Source: an uncultured Alphaproteobacteria bacterium
Lineage (GTDB): Bacteria > Pseudomonadota > Alphaproteobacteria > Rs-D84
Assembly: GCA_947053455.1 (NCBI GenBank)
Contig: CAMRSV010000001.1
Coordinates: 96,001 to 160,000, forward strand
Length of the DNA stretch: 64,000 nt
Direction of reading: 5' to 3'
The notes under the pieces were generated by a model, which did no database searches, was not told where the DNA came from, and saw only the letters and a program-made list of their open reading frames with translations. Made by a program: the position numbers and the translations under genes. This document shows, piece after piece, positions 39,438 through 50,075 of this stretch; within the stretch, counting starts at the first letter, position 1; each line of letters begins with the position of its first letter.

Positions 39438-40508
39438 TTATCCCAATGCGGTGGTTATTTGGTCTTGCATCTGGAATGTTCCCAGAACAACCCATGCGAT
39501 TATAGCGGACACCAGCAAAATACCAAGACTGTTCATCGTACTGGAAATTGATTCCATTTTTCGGATGGATTCATCCAAATAATCATTTGCCACCGCAGAC
39601 AAATTCGCGTCAAATCCGTTCATATCTGCATATATCGTCAAATCCCCGATTATTTCACGACTTGGAAAATCGCGGTCTGCATGATTAAGCGCCATTCCCA
39701 GATTGTCACCGTTTGCGATAAACCCCAGTGTTCTATCCAATATACCGCCCAAATACCTGTTTGCATTATCGGCCAACATACGCATAGCAGCAGGTATTGT
39801 CACGCCCGCCGACACCATTGATGCCAAACTCATCAACCATGTGACGGAAACTTGAATCTTGTATATGCTCCATGGGGGAATTTCATCAAATTTAGAACGC
39901 AGCCATCCGGACCAGTTGGAAAGACTCAACCATATAACCAGCACGGACAGCAAAAATCCAATTACAATTGCAAACCAATAATTTATCGCAAAATCAGACA
40001 TCCATATCAGTCCACGCGCAGTTCCGCGCCAAACAACATCATCACCCGCAACAGATGCCAACGGTGGCACCAGATAAACACCTACCATGATGATTATTCC
40101 AAATGTCAGCGCCAATAAGAACAACGGGTACGCAATTGCGCTGCGCATGGCGCGCTTTATACGTTGTGTACCATCGACAACACGACCGACATTTTCCAGC
40201 GCAACCACCAAATTGGACAAATTCCCCGACGTCACCAGCAACGTTTCATCCATCGGCACCCAGCCGCGCGTTGCATCGGAAAAGCTCATTCCGCGTTCCA
40301 GGTTTTTTTGCCATTCACGCATAACAATTGCAAAGGGTTCGTTTGGCTTTTTTCCGTTGTCGCTTTCTATCATTTCCAGACGACCCAGCGCATCCATCAA
40401 TGTAAAATCATTGCGCAGCAACGATGCCAATTTGCGCGCTGTCGCCATTCGCTTTTGTGTATTGAGCCGGAATACCATTTTGGCATAAAGTTTTTCGAGC
40501 GCTTCCAT
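39438..40508 (-). CDS. Type IVb pilus inner-membrane platform protein (PilR/BfpE, T2SSF family)
   Basis: G.SFSDA..GWVP..E..L, AIAYP, W.G..R..FD..PPWSIY; follows the ATPase. Confidence 0.85.
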   Translation of the reverse strand: MEALEKLYAKMVFRLNTQKRMATARKLASLLRNDFTLMDALGRLEMIESDNGKKPNEPFAIVMREWQKNLERGMSFSDATRGWVPMDETLLVTSGNLSNLVVALENVGRVVDGTQRIKRAMRSAIAYPLFLLALTFGIIIMVGVYLVPPLASVAGDDVVWRGTARGLIWMSDFAINYWFAIVIGFLLSVLVIWLSLSNWSGWLRSKFDEIPPWSIYKIQVSVTWLMSLASMVSAGVTIPAAMRMLADNANRYLGGILDRTLGFIANGDNLGMALNHADRDFPSREIIGDLTIYADMNGFDANLSAVANDYLDESIRKMESISSTMNSLGILLVSAIIAWVVLGTFQMQDQITTALG

Positions 40509-40509
40509 A

Positions 40510-42144
40510 TCAATACACCCCCGGTCTATCCAACAGACCAACCCATCTTTCCAACTCGTCTACACCGATTATTCCGCGCAGCATTAATTCCATGGCCGAT
40601 TCTTTTAATGTACGGCCATCCATTTCTTCTAGCCAATAACGTATCGCACCGTCTGTATTCCCGGACAAGGCTAAACCCAAAAATTCACTATTTGTGATAA
40701 TGATTTCGCCGGCCTTGATACGCCCCAACGTTCCCGTTCCGTTGCATTCCGTACATCCAGCACCACGAATATAAACTTGACGCAGTCCAATTTCTCCAAA
40801 TGCGTCCAAAACACGCTGATACGCCGGATTTTCTGGATGGTCCGCCAAACGTTCCCGGCAATATGGACATAATTTTTTAAAAAGACGCATGGAAACCAAA
40901 CCGCGCATCATCGTTTCTTCTTTAAGTTTGAAACCTTCTATGCCTAAATCCAGCAATCGCGTCAAAGCCGCGATGGCAGAATTGGCGTGCAGCGTTGTCC
41001 AAACATTATGTCCAGACAACGCGCCACGTATAGTCAACTGCGCCGCGGCCAGAGTTCTGATTTCCCCCACCATCAGCGTATCAGGGTCGCTGCGTAATGC
41101 CGCGGCCAGTGCCTCGGTATACTTTTCGTCACGCTGTTCTTCGGTCGTAGTGTTTACAACCGGCATTTGATGGGCGCCGAATATTTTTTGTTCGACCGGA
41201 TTTTCAACCGTTATCATGTTTATTTCATAATGCCGCTCTTTTAGCATAAGCGACATGTTCCGCGCCAATGTTGTCGATTTTCCGGAACTGGTGGGACCTG
41301 CGACAATCACCAGCCCCGTCGGGAATGCTCGCAGACGCATCAACAACCTTTGTTCATATTCACCAAATTCCTGCTCGGTTTTTATACCTTCTGATGGATT
41401 ATCATACAGTAGGCGCATAACAACGTAACGACTGCCGAAGGCAATGGGATTGAACTGCATACGAATGCTTAATATCCCCGCTGGCAGATATAAATCCTTG
41501 GTTCCGCGCAATGGTGTGCGCCCATCTTTCTGTGCGGACTGATATTCATTCTGCGCATAGTTAGCGTTTGACATGTCGGACGACGCAAATGCCGCGCGAA
41601 CAAAAGATTCACCCCACCCAGAGTTATATTCCAAAACCGGCTGCATACTTCCGTCGATACGGAAATAAATCGTTGTCTGGTCTGCAACCTCTATGTGAAT
41701 ATCGGAAACTTTTTGTGCAGCGGCCTTGGCAATTATATCGACAAAATCCTTTTGCATTTGGTTGTCGAAATCGCGGGTTGCGCGGCCACTGCCCAATTTT
41801 AATTCATAAGACTTGTATATCGCGGAAACCAAGCCCAAATCAGAATAGAACGGGCGGCGCATAGCGCGTCCCCGCTTTTCCAACAAATCCAGAAACGCCA
41901 GTACGCGCCCGTCATATCTATGCGTACGTGAAATTATAATCTCGCCGCCGGAAAAATACGCAATCAAACTCTGTGTATCTTTGGGCAATTCCAGTTCCGC
42001 CCCGGTCGCCGTCAGCAGTCGGTTCCCATTTGCAAATAGATAGTCAACCACGTCTTTTATTTCGGCGTTTTCCAACCCCGTTGGCACGGAATCTGTTTGC
42101 ACCAGAGAAATATTTTCCAAAGAATCGTTGTTCTGCTTTTTCAT
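40510..42144 (-). CDS. Type IVb pilus assembly ATPase (PilQ/BfpD family)
   Basis: SDIHI, GPTSSGKST, TVENPVE, LRSDPD.LMVGEIR, SGH.VWTTLHAN, CxxC..CxxC. Confidence 0.9.
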   Translation of the reverse strand: MKKQNNDSLENISLVQTDSVPTGLENAEIKDVVDYLFANGNRLLTATGAELELPKDTQSLIAYFSGGEIIISRTHRYDGRVLAFLDLLEKRGRAMRRPFYSDLGLVSAIYKSYELKLGSGRATRDFDNQMQKDFVDIIAKAAAQKVSDIHIEVADQTTIYFRIDGSMQPVLEYNSGWGESFVRAAFASSDMSNANYAQNEYQSAQKDGRTPLRGTKDLYLPAGILSIRMQFNPIAFGSRYVVMRLLYDNPSEGIKTEQEFGEYEQRLLMRLRAFPTGLVIVAGPTSSGKSTTLARNMSLMLKERHYEINMITVENPVEQKIFGAHQMPVVNTTTEEQRDEKYTEALAAALRSDPDTLMVGEIRTLAAAQLTIRGALSGHNVWTTLHANSAIAALTRLLDLGIEGFKLKEETMMRGLVSMRLFKKLCPYCRERLADHPENPAYQRVLDAFGEIGLRQVYIRGAGCTECNGTGTLGRIKAGEIIITNSEFLGLALSGNTDGAIRYWLEEMDGRTLKESAMELMLRGIIGVDELERWVGLLDRPGVY

Positions 42145-42165
42145 TTACTGCGCTTATATTTTGGT

Positions 42166-42879
42166 TTAGCGGTTTGCACTGATGTTTAGGTTTTGCGTCA
42201 TACCATCTTTGATAAATTCAACCCCGTCGTACAATGATATTGATTTGACCGTGAACCCGTCCAACGTCTTGCCAACAGAAATCCGTTTATTTTGACCGGT
42301 CTGTAAATCCGTGACTGTTGCCTGTAATTGGGAACCTGCACCAAAAACATTAACCAGGCGATATTTTTCACCTAAATCAATATCAGTTTCAATCGGTTCA
42401 TTGGCAACTTGCACCGGCGCGGTTGCAGATGCAGCTTCTGCCTGGGCTTGCAGTCGCTCCTTTTCACGGGCAAGACGGGCGGCCTCTGCCTCTAATTTCG
42501 CCTTTTCAGTTTCTATTTCCTGCTTTTGCGCCTCGGCACGCCCGGACAGCGTGTCTATTTCCATATGCAGTTTTATTTTTTCTGCCGCCAGCCGGTCTAA
42601 CTCCAAATCCAACTGTGCACGTTCTTTTTCCAGCTGCATTAAAACCTTTTCCTGCTCCAATGTAGTTATCTGTTGAAAAAGGGAACCATCCGCGTTATAC
42701 GCCGCAACCGCATCCGCGGTAAGTGAATCTAATTCATCATCTGTGTACCCCATATCCGGCGTCTGTGCAACCATCATCGGTTCGCTTTGAAAATCGGACG
42801 TGTCCATTTCTGCGAATGCCGGTGCGATACATGTCGCGACAAAAACAGACATTATGAAAAAATTTATCTTATTTGGCAT
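42166..42879 (-). CDS. PilP-like type IVb pilus protein
   Basis: Signal peptide, long coiled coil, C-terminal V.G....L.A......G..L.G..V..I...GV beta domain; synteny. Confidence 0.65.
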   Translation of the reverse strand: MPNKINFFIMSVFVATCIAPAFAEMDTSDFQSEPMMVAQTPDMGYTDDELDSLTADAVAAYNADGSLFQQITTLEQEKVLMQLEKERAQLDLELDRLAAEKIKLHMEIDTLSGRAEAQKQEIETEKAKLEAEAARLAREKERLQAQAEAASATAPVQVANEPIETDIDLGEKYRLVNVFGAGSQLQATVTDLQTGQNKRISVGKTLDGFTVKSISLYDGVEFIKDGMTQNLNISANR

Positions 42880-44131
42880 ATATTATCACCTCATAGTTCC
42901 ATATCCGACGTGATGCATCCCAAGCGCATCGCGTCATATAAACACCGCCGAATTCATCGAATATACGCATAAATTGCGACGGTACAAGTTTTGATTCAAC
43001 CGCAATTTCCACAATGTTTAGTGACATCGTGTCAACCCCATTCGACAAAACATCAACAACAATCTGGGATTCAATTGGCGTTCCGATTGACTGAAAAGCA
43101 GACTGAACATCGCGCAAGAGTGTTTCCGCATCGCGTTCATCTTGACTTGCCACCGATTGAACCGCAGGCAACGGCACACTAACCCGCAGCATATCCTCGT
43201 TTTGCTTTGTAACGATAGCACCCGGCATTAATTCTGTTGCCATTACGTAAAAATCATCGAGAGTTCCAAAATCACGTTGAAATTCGGCGACGGCGTTCAA
43301 TTCTGTGCACTCAACAGACGTCTGGTTCCATCCGGTTACATTCTGCATTACAAATGCCATCGCACGAAAACACATATCCGCCCGCGCGGAGACATCCGGT
43401 AAACTGTCATATGGCGGTACAATCGGTTCCGGTTCTGGTTCCTTTTCAATATTAAACTCTGCGTCTAGTTCACGATTTTTTTCTTCTATTTGTCGCTTGT
43501 ACTCGGCCGCCAGTTCCGGATTTATCTGTGAAATCTGGGGGCGCGGCATCATCATTTGATGCAGCGGTTCGCGAAATATTGACCCGATAAGAGCCAAAAA
43601 CAAAACAATTATTACCAATGGCCCAAGAGCCGCACGAACACGGCTAATAGAACGTAAAACCGCGCGTGCGCCACCGGAAACAACCTCGGAAATAGTTCGT
43701 TCAACCGCGCGCGGCATACCCCATGTACCGGGTGCGACAAACGTCCCCCAATCTGGTATCTGGGATAATTTTGAATATTCAGCGCGAGCTTCGCTTTCCG
43801 TTGCAAATAATTTGTCTTCTAAAATGACACCGTTTCGCATCGCAACCAGGTAATAACCCTTGTCTACCTGAAACACGGCTAAAAAAGATGAAAATTCCGG
43901 GAATGAATCCACAATGGAGGCCGCCGCGGATGGCATTGCGGTTCGATGTCCAAATTTTCGCGCCCCCAAGCCAACCATTGAACGATATTCTGTAAACAGG
44001 TTAAGTTTTTTATCAACGCCACGTGCAAGACTGCGTGCATAATTACGTGCAAAAAAGCCCGTTGCAACCGGCTGCCAAAACAGACCGACCGCGTATTTTT
44101 TTCTGTTAACAGATATGACTTGGTTTGCCAA
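42869..44131 (-). CDS. PilO2-like type IVb pilus accessory protein
   Basis: YAVGLFWQP N-terminal motif, central TM, C.....GW....C periplasmic part; TTG start with GAGGGAG SD. Confidence 0.75.
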   Translation of the reverse strand: MANQVISVNRKKYAVGLFWQPVATGFFARNYARSLARGVDKKLNLFTEYRSMVGLGARKFGHRTAMPSAAASIVDSFPEFSSFLAVFQVDKGYYLVAMRNGVILEDKLFATESEARAEYSKLSQIPDWGTFVAPGTWGMPRAVERTISEVVSGGARAVLRSISRVRAALGPLVIIVLFLALIGSIFREPLHQMMMPRPQISQINPELAAEYKRQIEEKNRELDAEFNIEKEPEPEPIVPPYDSLPDVSARADMCFRAMAFVMQNVTGWNQTSVECTELNAVAEFQRDFGTLDDFYVMATELMPGAIVTKQNEDMLRVSVPLPAVQSVASQDERDAETLLRDVQSAFQSIGTPIESQIVVDVLSNGVDTMSLNIVEIAVESKLVPSQFMRIFDEFGGVYMTRCAWDASRRIWNYEVIIYAK

Positions 44132-44243
44132 TTTCTCCCTCTTACGATAAATTATAGCACAAAAAGATAAACCTTGGCAAATATAGAATGAAAAATACCC
44201 GATGAAAATATCGCCGGGTATTCAAACTTTTTTTATCTGCGTA

Positions 44244-44657
44244 TTACTTGCATCCGTATACCGGGTCACACACAGGTCCCACACCATACACCGCGGTCGA
44301 ACCTGCACCATTGGCCGCCGTGTGAACACGGTTCGGATACGGACAATCATAAACGTTTGCCGCCAATACGAATGCGCGTTCAGGGCCAAATATCACCCAT
44401 TCATTTGGACGCGTGCGCTGGCTGGTTATCCAGTATGCATTTCCGCCACGCGCCTGATCGACGATACGGTTTTCTAAATAACGACGGGCATCATCCGCGT
44501 CATATACAGAAACTTCTGATTCTATTTTGTACAAATACGTACAACCCATTGGCTCTGCATTAAGTTGTGTCAAATATTCGCTGCCGTTTTCATTCTTTAT
44601 AAGTCCGCCGCACGCCGTCAGTGTTGTGAGCATTACGACCGCAAAAATCTTTTTCAT
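44244..44657 (-). CDS. Lipoprotein (DUF4156-like)
   Basis: LTAC lipobox, GC.YL, N.....GGN, A.VY.CP; AAGGA SD. Confidence 0.7.
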   Translation of the reverse strand: MKKIFAVVMLTTLTACGGLIKNENGSEYLTQLNAEPMGCTYLYKIESEVSVYDADDARRYLENRIVDQARGGNAYWITSQRTRPNEWVIFGPERAFVLAANVYDCPYPNRVHTAANGAGSTAVYGVGPVCDPVYGCK

Positions 44658-44693
44658 TTTTTGTTCCTTTTTTATTATGCGTCTACACCAATT

Positions 44694-45650
44694 TTAAGCC
44701 CTTTTCTGTCTACTTTCAACTATATCATAATTTGCCGGGTCGCTAAACAATTTTTTCAGCACTAGATTGTTCATCGCGTGGCTACCCTTGTATGATTCGA
44801 CGCAACCGCACACAAATCCGCCACTTGTCGCCATGTCACCGATTACATCTATGATTTTATGCCTAACAAATTCATCGGGCCAGATTACCGAATTCAATGT
44901 CCCGTCGCCGGCATCATTCAATGCGATAACATTTGTCGCGTCCGCGCCACGACCCATGCCGCGCGCCTTTAGATATTCCCATTCGGAATATTTTCCAAAT
45001 GTACGCGCGCGCGATATGTTCTTAACAAAATTAGCAACTGATTTTTTCGAACCATCAAAAGAATATTCAAAAGTCTGTGTCCCGATTATTTTTTCCGGAT
45101 AAACCAATGTTGCCCGCACATCCAGCGTTTTGCCACCATTTGGCGACAGTTTCACAAAACCATTTGACCGGCGCCCAGAAACAATGTTAAAAAAATAAAT
45201 TTTCATGCGCGTCAAAAACGGCAATTCGCGTAAAATTTCATGCGCCCTTGCAATAACGGTACGCTTTACAATGACGCGACGCGTGAACGCGCCCACCGGT
45301 TGTGCGACCGCTGAAATTTTGGAATAAAATTCGGCTGCACTACCGTCCAATATCGGTGTTTCTGGCCCATCAATTTCAACAATGGCGCTATCTATGCCCG
45401 ACAAAAACAACGCGGCCATCAAATGCTCAATCGTTTGAACGTGCGCACCATGAACACTGCCAATTGTGGTGTTACGCATTTTTGTTTCACCGACATTATC
45501 ATATCGCGCCATAATTAAATCAGAAGCCTTTATATCCGTGCGGCGAAAAAATATGCCATATTTTTTAGAAGGCTTTATAACCATGTTAACCGGCAATCCG
45601 GAATGTATACCTACACCAGAAATTTTAATTTGTTTTTCAACTGTTCTCAT
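44694..45650 (-). CDS. lpxC: UDP-3-O-acyl-GlcNAc deacetylase
   Basis: GVGIHSG, TIEHLMAAL, PILDGSA, ARTF, EFVRHKIIDVIGD. Confidence 0.96.
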   Translation of the reverse strand: MRTVEKQIKISGVGIHSGLPVNMVIKPSKKYGIFFRRTDIKASDLIMARYDNVGETKMRNTTIGSVHGAHVQTIEHLMAALFLSGIDSAIVEIDGPETPILDGSAAEFYSKISAVAQPVGAFTRRVIVKRTVIARAHEILRELPFLTRMKIYFFNIVSGRRSNGFVKLSPNGGKTLDVRATLVYPEKIIGTQTFEYSFDGSKKSVANFVKNISRARTFGKYSEWEYLKARGMGRGADATNVIALNDAGDGTLNSVIWPDEFVRHKIIDVIGDMATSGGFVCGCVESYKGSHAMNNLVLKKLFSDPANYDIVESRQKRA

Positions 45651-46552
45651 TTTATCTTATCCCCCAACCATTCAAAAAACGCGTCATCTATTTTGGTGAC
45701 AAGTTTTGCATATTTTATTTTATCGCGCACCCCATCCGGCAGACGAACCCAATCTTTTTCTGTGGTGACAAGTTTTGCCCCCTTCTTCTTGGCCAGCGCA
45801 AACAAAGAATCCAAATCTGCAAATGTGTACTGATAATGGTCTGCAAACGCGCGCGTTGCCACAATATTCGGCAATGATGCAAAGAACTTTTTCGGAAATC
45901 CGATACCGGCGAACGCAACCAATTTTTCATTCCCTTCATACGGGTTCAGCGTTTCATTTTCTGCATAAAACACCGGCACCCCGCGTGGCAGGACAAAATC
46001 TTTTCTGGGGCGATTGGCACGGATAACAATTATTGCATCGGCACGGCGCGCGGCACGCTTTGGCTCGCGCAGAGGGCCGGCCGGCAGTAAAAAACCGTTG
46101 CCATATCCGATTCCTTCATCAAAGACAGCAATCGTCACATTCTTTTTTATCGACGGATTTTGCATTCCGTCATCCATTATAATTGGGCGACGGTCACCTT
46201 TTTGCCGGTTAAGCAATATTATATTGCTTTTTCTGTCACCTGTATGCACCTGCAATCCATCGCGAGACATCATTGTCGCCTCGTCCCCGGCATTTCCGGT
46301 TTGTGCACTTTTTTTATACCCGCGCATAACAACAGGGGCATCAAAATAATTTGCAATTGCGCGAACAACCGGTGTTTTACCAACACCGCCCGCCAATATG
46401 TTGCCGACACACACTATTGGCCGGCGTGATGACATCGCGAACATGCGCCGCCATAGCCATACAATACGACCAATAATATAATACATCACGCCCACCGGCA
46501 GTAATAAAAACGATACCGGATTTTTATGCATAAACCACCAAGGTGTTTTCAT
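45647..46552 (-). CDS. lpxK: Tetraacyldisaccharide 4'-kinase
   Basis: VGNI.AGGVGKTP, RGY, GDE, DDGMQN, LPAGPLRE, F.DH, TTEKD. Confidence 0.96.
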   Translation of the reverse strand: MKTPWWFMHKNPVSFLLLPVGVMYYIIGRIVWLWRRMFAMSSRRPIVCVGNILAGGVGKTPVVRAIANYFDAPVVMRGYKKSAQTGNAGDEATMMSRDGLQVHTGDRKSNIILLNRQKGDRRPIIMDDGMQNPSIKKNVTIAVFDEGIGYGNGFLLPAGPLREPKRAARRADAIIVIRANRPRKDFVLPRGVPVFYAENETLNPYEGNEKLVAFAGIGFPKKFFASLPNIVATRAFADHYQYTFADLDSLFALAKKKGAKLVTTEKDWVRLPDGVRDKIKYAKLVTKIDDAFFEWLGDKIK

Positions 46553-46561
46553 AACATATCC

Positions 46562-47380
46562 TTATTTTTTTGAACGCTGTTGCGATTTTTTCTGCCGCTT
46601 TTGTGTTTTCTTTTGTTTTTTTGCGTCTCGCATACTTTGCTTGAATTCGCCTGCATTCAAATCCTGTTCAACTTTGAACAAATTAAATTCGGCATCCATT
46701 TCACGAACCTGTTTTACCATTTCGTCCTCTATACGGCGGCGAATAGATTCAAACTGTTCGGGTGACGCCTTGGCGTCAATGAAGACGGGTTCTGATACTT
46801 TGCATGTTATTTTTGAAAATGGCAATGCGACCAAATACCTGTCCCAGCGTTTCTGAAACCATGCATGCGATGCGGAAAAACACACTGGAATAATCGGCGC
46901 ACCTGTCATTTTTGCAAAATACAGGGCACCATCTTGAACACGCATAGACGGGCCACCGGGGCCGTCTGGCGAAATACATATGCCGTAACCGCCCGCGCGT
47001 AATATACGCACCCCCTGGCGCAAAACAGATATTCCACCATCAGACGTACTGCCATAAATGGGCTTTAATCCGAACAATCTTTGCAATTTTGCCATCATAC
47101 GTCCATCACTGTGGCGCGACGCAACAGCGTACGCGTGCATGCCGCCCAATGCAATAATCGGCGACAGCATCATACTGCGCCCATGCCAAAATACAAAGAC
47201 GGCCGGTTTGCGGCGATATTTCTTGAATATTTCATATCCCGTTATGCGTTTGCGCGATGTGAAGTATATAAACCAAATGCACAACGCCATAATCCCGGCA
47301 ATAGTCCACTGAATAATTGGACAGTGCAAAATTGGCTGCCAGAATTTTTTCCAAATCTTTCTAAAAGTTTTATTATTCAT
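46562..47380 (-). CDS. Lysophospholipid acyltransferase family (DUF374) protein
   Basis: FWHGR, S.H.DG, GS....G, SPDGP.GP, WDR...LPFS. Confidence 0.85.
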   Translation of the reverse strand: MNNKTFRKIWKKFWQPILHCPIIQWTIAGIMALCIWFIYFTSRKRITGYEIFKKYRRKPAVFVFWHGRSMMLSPIIALGGMHAYAVASRHSDGRMMAKLQRLFGLKPIYGSTSDGGISVLRQGVRILRAGGYGICISPDGPGGPSMRVQDGALYFAKMTGAPIIPVCFSASHAWFQKRWDRYLVALPFSKITCKVSEPVFIDAKASPEQFESIRRRIEDEMVKQVREMDAEFNLFKVEQDLNAGEFKQSMRDAKKQKKTQKRQKKSQQRSKK

Positions 47381-47491
47381 AAATATTCCTTTAACACAAA
47401 TTCATATGAATATTAGCAAGAATAAATTCATATTTCAAGACGGACGCTAAAAACCTTATATTTTAATTTTTTTTATGGTAAAATGCCTATT

Positions 47492-47887
47492 ATGACCAAA
47501 GCGATTACAATATGGCAGCCCTATGCGGCGGCAATTGCATGCGGATTAAAGCGGTATGAAACGCGCGGTTGGGCAACAAAATACCGCGGCCCGCTGATTA
47601 TTCATGCATCAATGCGGCGATTAAATTCTGTGGGGCGTGAACTGGCCGAAAAATATAATATATTGTCGAACGCGCATCACACCGGCGAATTTATTGCAAT
47701 ATGCGACATTGTTGATTGTATTGAAATTACTGCGGAATTTATCGAAAAACAAAGCGAAACCGAAAAAATTTTTGGAATCTGGGCCATTGGGCGATATGCA
47801 TGGAAACTTGAAAACGTTCGTCCTTTGCCACATGGCATAAAATCACGCGGATATCAGGGATTATGGAACGCACCAAATTTTAATTGA
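47492..47887 (+). CDS. ASCH domain protein
   Basis: KAITIWQPYA, GLKRYETR.W, YRGPL.IHA, G.QGLW. Confidence 0.9.
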   Translation: MTKAITIWQPYAAAIACGLKRYETRGWATKYRGPLIIHASMRRLNSVGRELAEKYNILSNAHHTGEFIAICDIVDCIEITAEFIEKQSETEKIFGIWAIGRYAWKLENVRPLPHGIKSRGYQGLWNAPNFN

Positions 47888-47924
47888 CATGTAATATATT
47901 TAATATATAATACACATACTTTAT

Positions 47925-48001
<77 letters not shown>

Positions 48002-48048
48002 AGATTCATCTCCGTCCCCAAAAAGTACTTTGGGGATTTTTTATAAAC

Positions 48049-48324
48049 CTATACCTCGCCCGTCTTCATATCTACGCCGATATAATATTTGTATTTTTCC
48101 GGCATGAATCGCATCAATATAAAATTTTCAACATCTGGGCCGCCATATCCGAACCTTTGATACTCGTCGCGCCAATATTTATTTCGTGTAGCGGCATCTG
48201 TTACAAATTCAATAAATCCAAACAATCGCAGCGCATGACGCGTTTCGGGGTATCCATCCGCCCCATTTGTAGACAAGTGCACATATGTACACGCACGAAC
48301 TATTTGCATTATATAGTCATTCAT
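48049..48324 (-). pseudogene. Pyridoxamine 5'-phosphate oxidase/general-stress family gene with probable internal deletion
   Basis: LST...DGYPETR N-motif runs directly into L.G.IEFVTD...YW...G.D..F...RF.P C-motif; 91 aa. Confidence 0.55.
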
Positions 48325-48426
48325 TATTCCCCCACCGTTTATTGAAATAAATATACCAAAACATATTTTTAATTTCACCCGGAATAAAACCTTGCACACG
48401 GCGGATAAATTCATACAATAACCGGC

Positions 48427-50040
48427 ATGCGGGCACATAATCTATCATTATCATTTGGCACAACCGTAATTTACGACGGGGCGGAATTTAACCTGGCGCC
48501 GCGTGATAAATGCGGGATAGTCGGCGTAAACGGTGCTGGAAAAACCACATTGTTTCGAATAATAACCGGTGAAATATCGCCCGATGCCGGCTTTGTCGAT
48601 ACAGGTGGCCGACGTATAGGATATCTGCCACAGGTTATAAAAATCCAAGACCAAAACCAAACCGTGTGGGATTTTTTATTATCAGGCCGCCCCATTGAAA
48701 GGCTAGAGGCGCAGATGCGCAGCCTCTACAACCAACTGGCACAAAATCCAGAGGATGAAAATTTATCGACACAAATTGCCAACACGCAACATGAACTGGA
48801 TTATTACGAGGTGTACACCGCCGAAGATGAATTGCTGCGACTGATTGAAAGTATGAAGATTGATTCCCAATGGCTGGATATGAAATTATCCGAACTGTCC
48901 GGTGGTCAAAAATCCAAGGTAGCGTTTACGCGAATGTTGTATTCCATGCCAGAAATATTGTTACTAGACGAACCGACAAATCATCTGGACGCCCAGACGC
49001 GCGAATTTATCGCATCATATCTGAACAAATACCGCGGATGCATTTTAGTAATCAGCCATGACCGCGATTTTCTAAACGCCGTAGCTGGCAAAATCATGCT
49101 GATTGATAAGCGGGATAAAAAAATATCTGTATTTGACGGTAACTATGACGCGTATTTGAACAAGGCCGCCGAATTAAAGCGTGCGCGTGCACAACAAATA
49201 GAAGCAGAAAACAGAAAAATTGAACACCTGTCTGATTTTGTAAAGCGTGCCGATGCCGCCAGCCCCACACGCCATGCAATGAAACGCGCGGGCAAGGTTC
49301 GCGCCGCAATTTTGGAAAAAATCATTGCAAACCGAACAGAACGTGAAGCGATATATAAAAAAGTTCGAATGAATCTGGCACCAAAAAGCGACGGTGCAAA
49401 ATTCCCGATTACGGTTCAAGACCTGTGGTTCCGATATCCTGGCGCGCGGTTACTGTACCGGAAACTGTCTTTTTACATAACAGGTGGCGAAAGGTTTTTA
49501 ATTGTTGGTGAAAACGGCGCGGGGAAATCTACACTTTTAAAACTGATAATGGGGATGCTGTCACCGGAACGGGGAAAAATTGAAATCAATCCAAAGACTG
49601 ACATTGCATACTACGCCCAAGAACTAGAGCAACTGGATTTATCAAAAACAATTTTGGAAAATGTTGCATCCGATGAATACACAGACGACCAATTACGCGC
49701 AGCGCTGGGGAATTTTTTATTTTCTGGCACCGACGTATTTAAAAAATTAGACACATTATCACCGGGTGAACGGGCGCGTGTCGCATTATGCAGGGTTTTG
49801 TTACGGCGTGCCAATATGTTAATACTGGACGAGCCGACAAACCATTTAGATCCGGAAACCCAGCGCATAATCGGCGACAACTTTCGCGACTTTGTTGGTA
49901 CAATTATCGTCGTAAGCCATAACCCGGATTTTGTTGAACAAATTGGAATAACGCGCATGCTGGTACTGCCCGACGGACGCATAGAAGATTATGACCACGA
50001 CAAACTGGAATATTACTATGAATTAAACAGTGAAAAATAA
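48427..50040 (+). CDS. ABC-F family ATPase
   Basis: Two NBDs (GVNGAGKTT, GENGAGKST; LDEPTNHLD twice), no TM segments. Confidence 0.93.
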   Translation: MRAHNLSLSFGTTVIYDGAEFNLAPRDKCGIVGVNGAGKTTLFRIITGEISPDAGFVDTGGRRIGYLPQVIKIQDQNQTVWDFLLSGRPIERLEAQMRSLYNQLAQNPEDENLSTQIANTQHELDYYEVYTAEDELLRLIESMKIDSQWLDMKLSELSGGQKSKVAFTRMLYSMPEILLLDEPTNHLDAQTREFIASYLNKYRGCILVISHDRDFLNAVAGKIMLIDKRDKKISVFDGNYDAYLNKAAELKRARAQQIEAENRKIEHLSDFVKRADAASPTRHAMKRAGKVRAAILEKIIANRTEREAIYKKVRMNLAPKSDGAKFPITVQDLWFRYPGARLLYRKLSFYITGGERFLIVGENGAGKSTLLKLIMGMLSPERGKIEINPKTDIAYYAQELEQLDLSKTILENVASDEYTDDQLRAALGNFLFSGTDVFKKLDTLSPGERARVALCRVLLRRANMLILDEPTNHLDPETQRIIGDNFRDFVGTIIVVSHNPDFVEQIGITRMLVLPDGRIEDYDHDKLEYYYELNSEK

Positions 50041-50075
50041 AAAAACACCGGCAAATTCCGGTATTTTTATATAAT

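Noticed and set aside
48427-50040. ABC-F as an antibiotic resistance gene
   Set aside because: No leader-peptide attenuator (appears leaderless); subfamily cannot be assigned without phylogeny.
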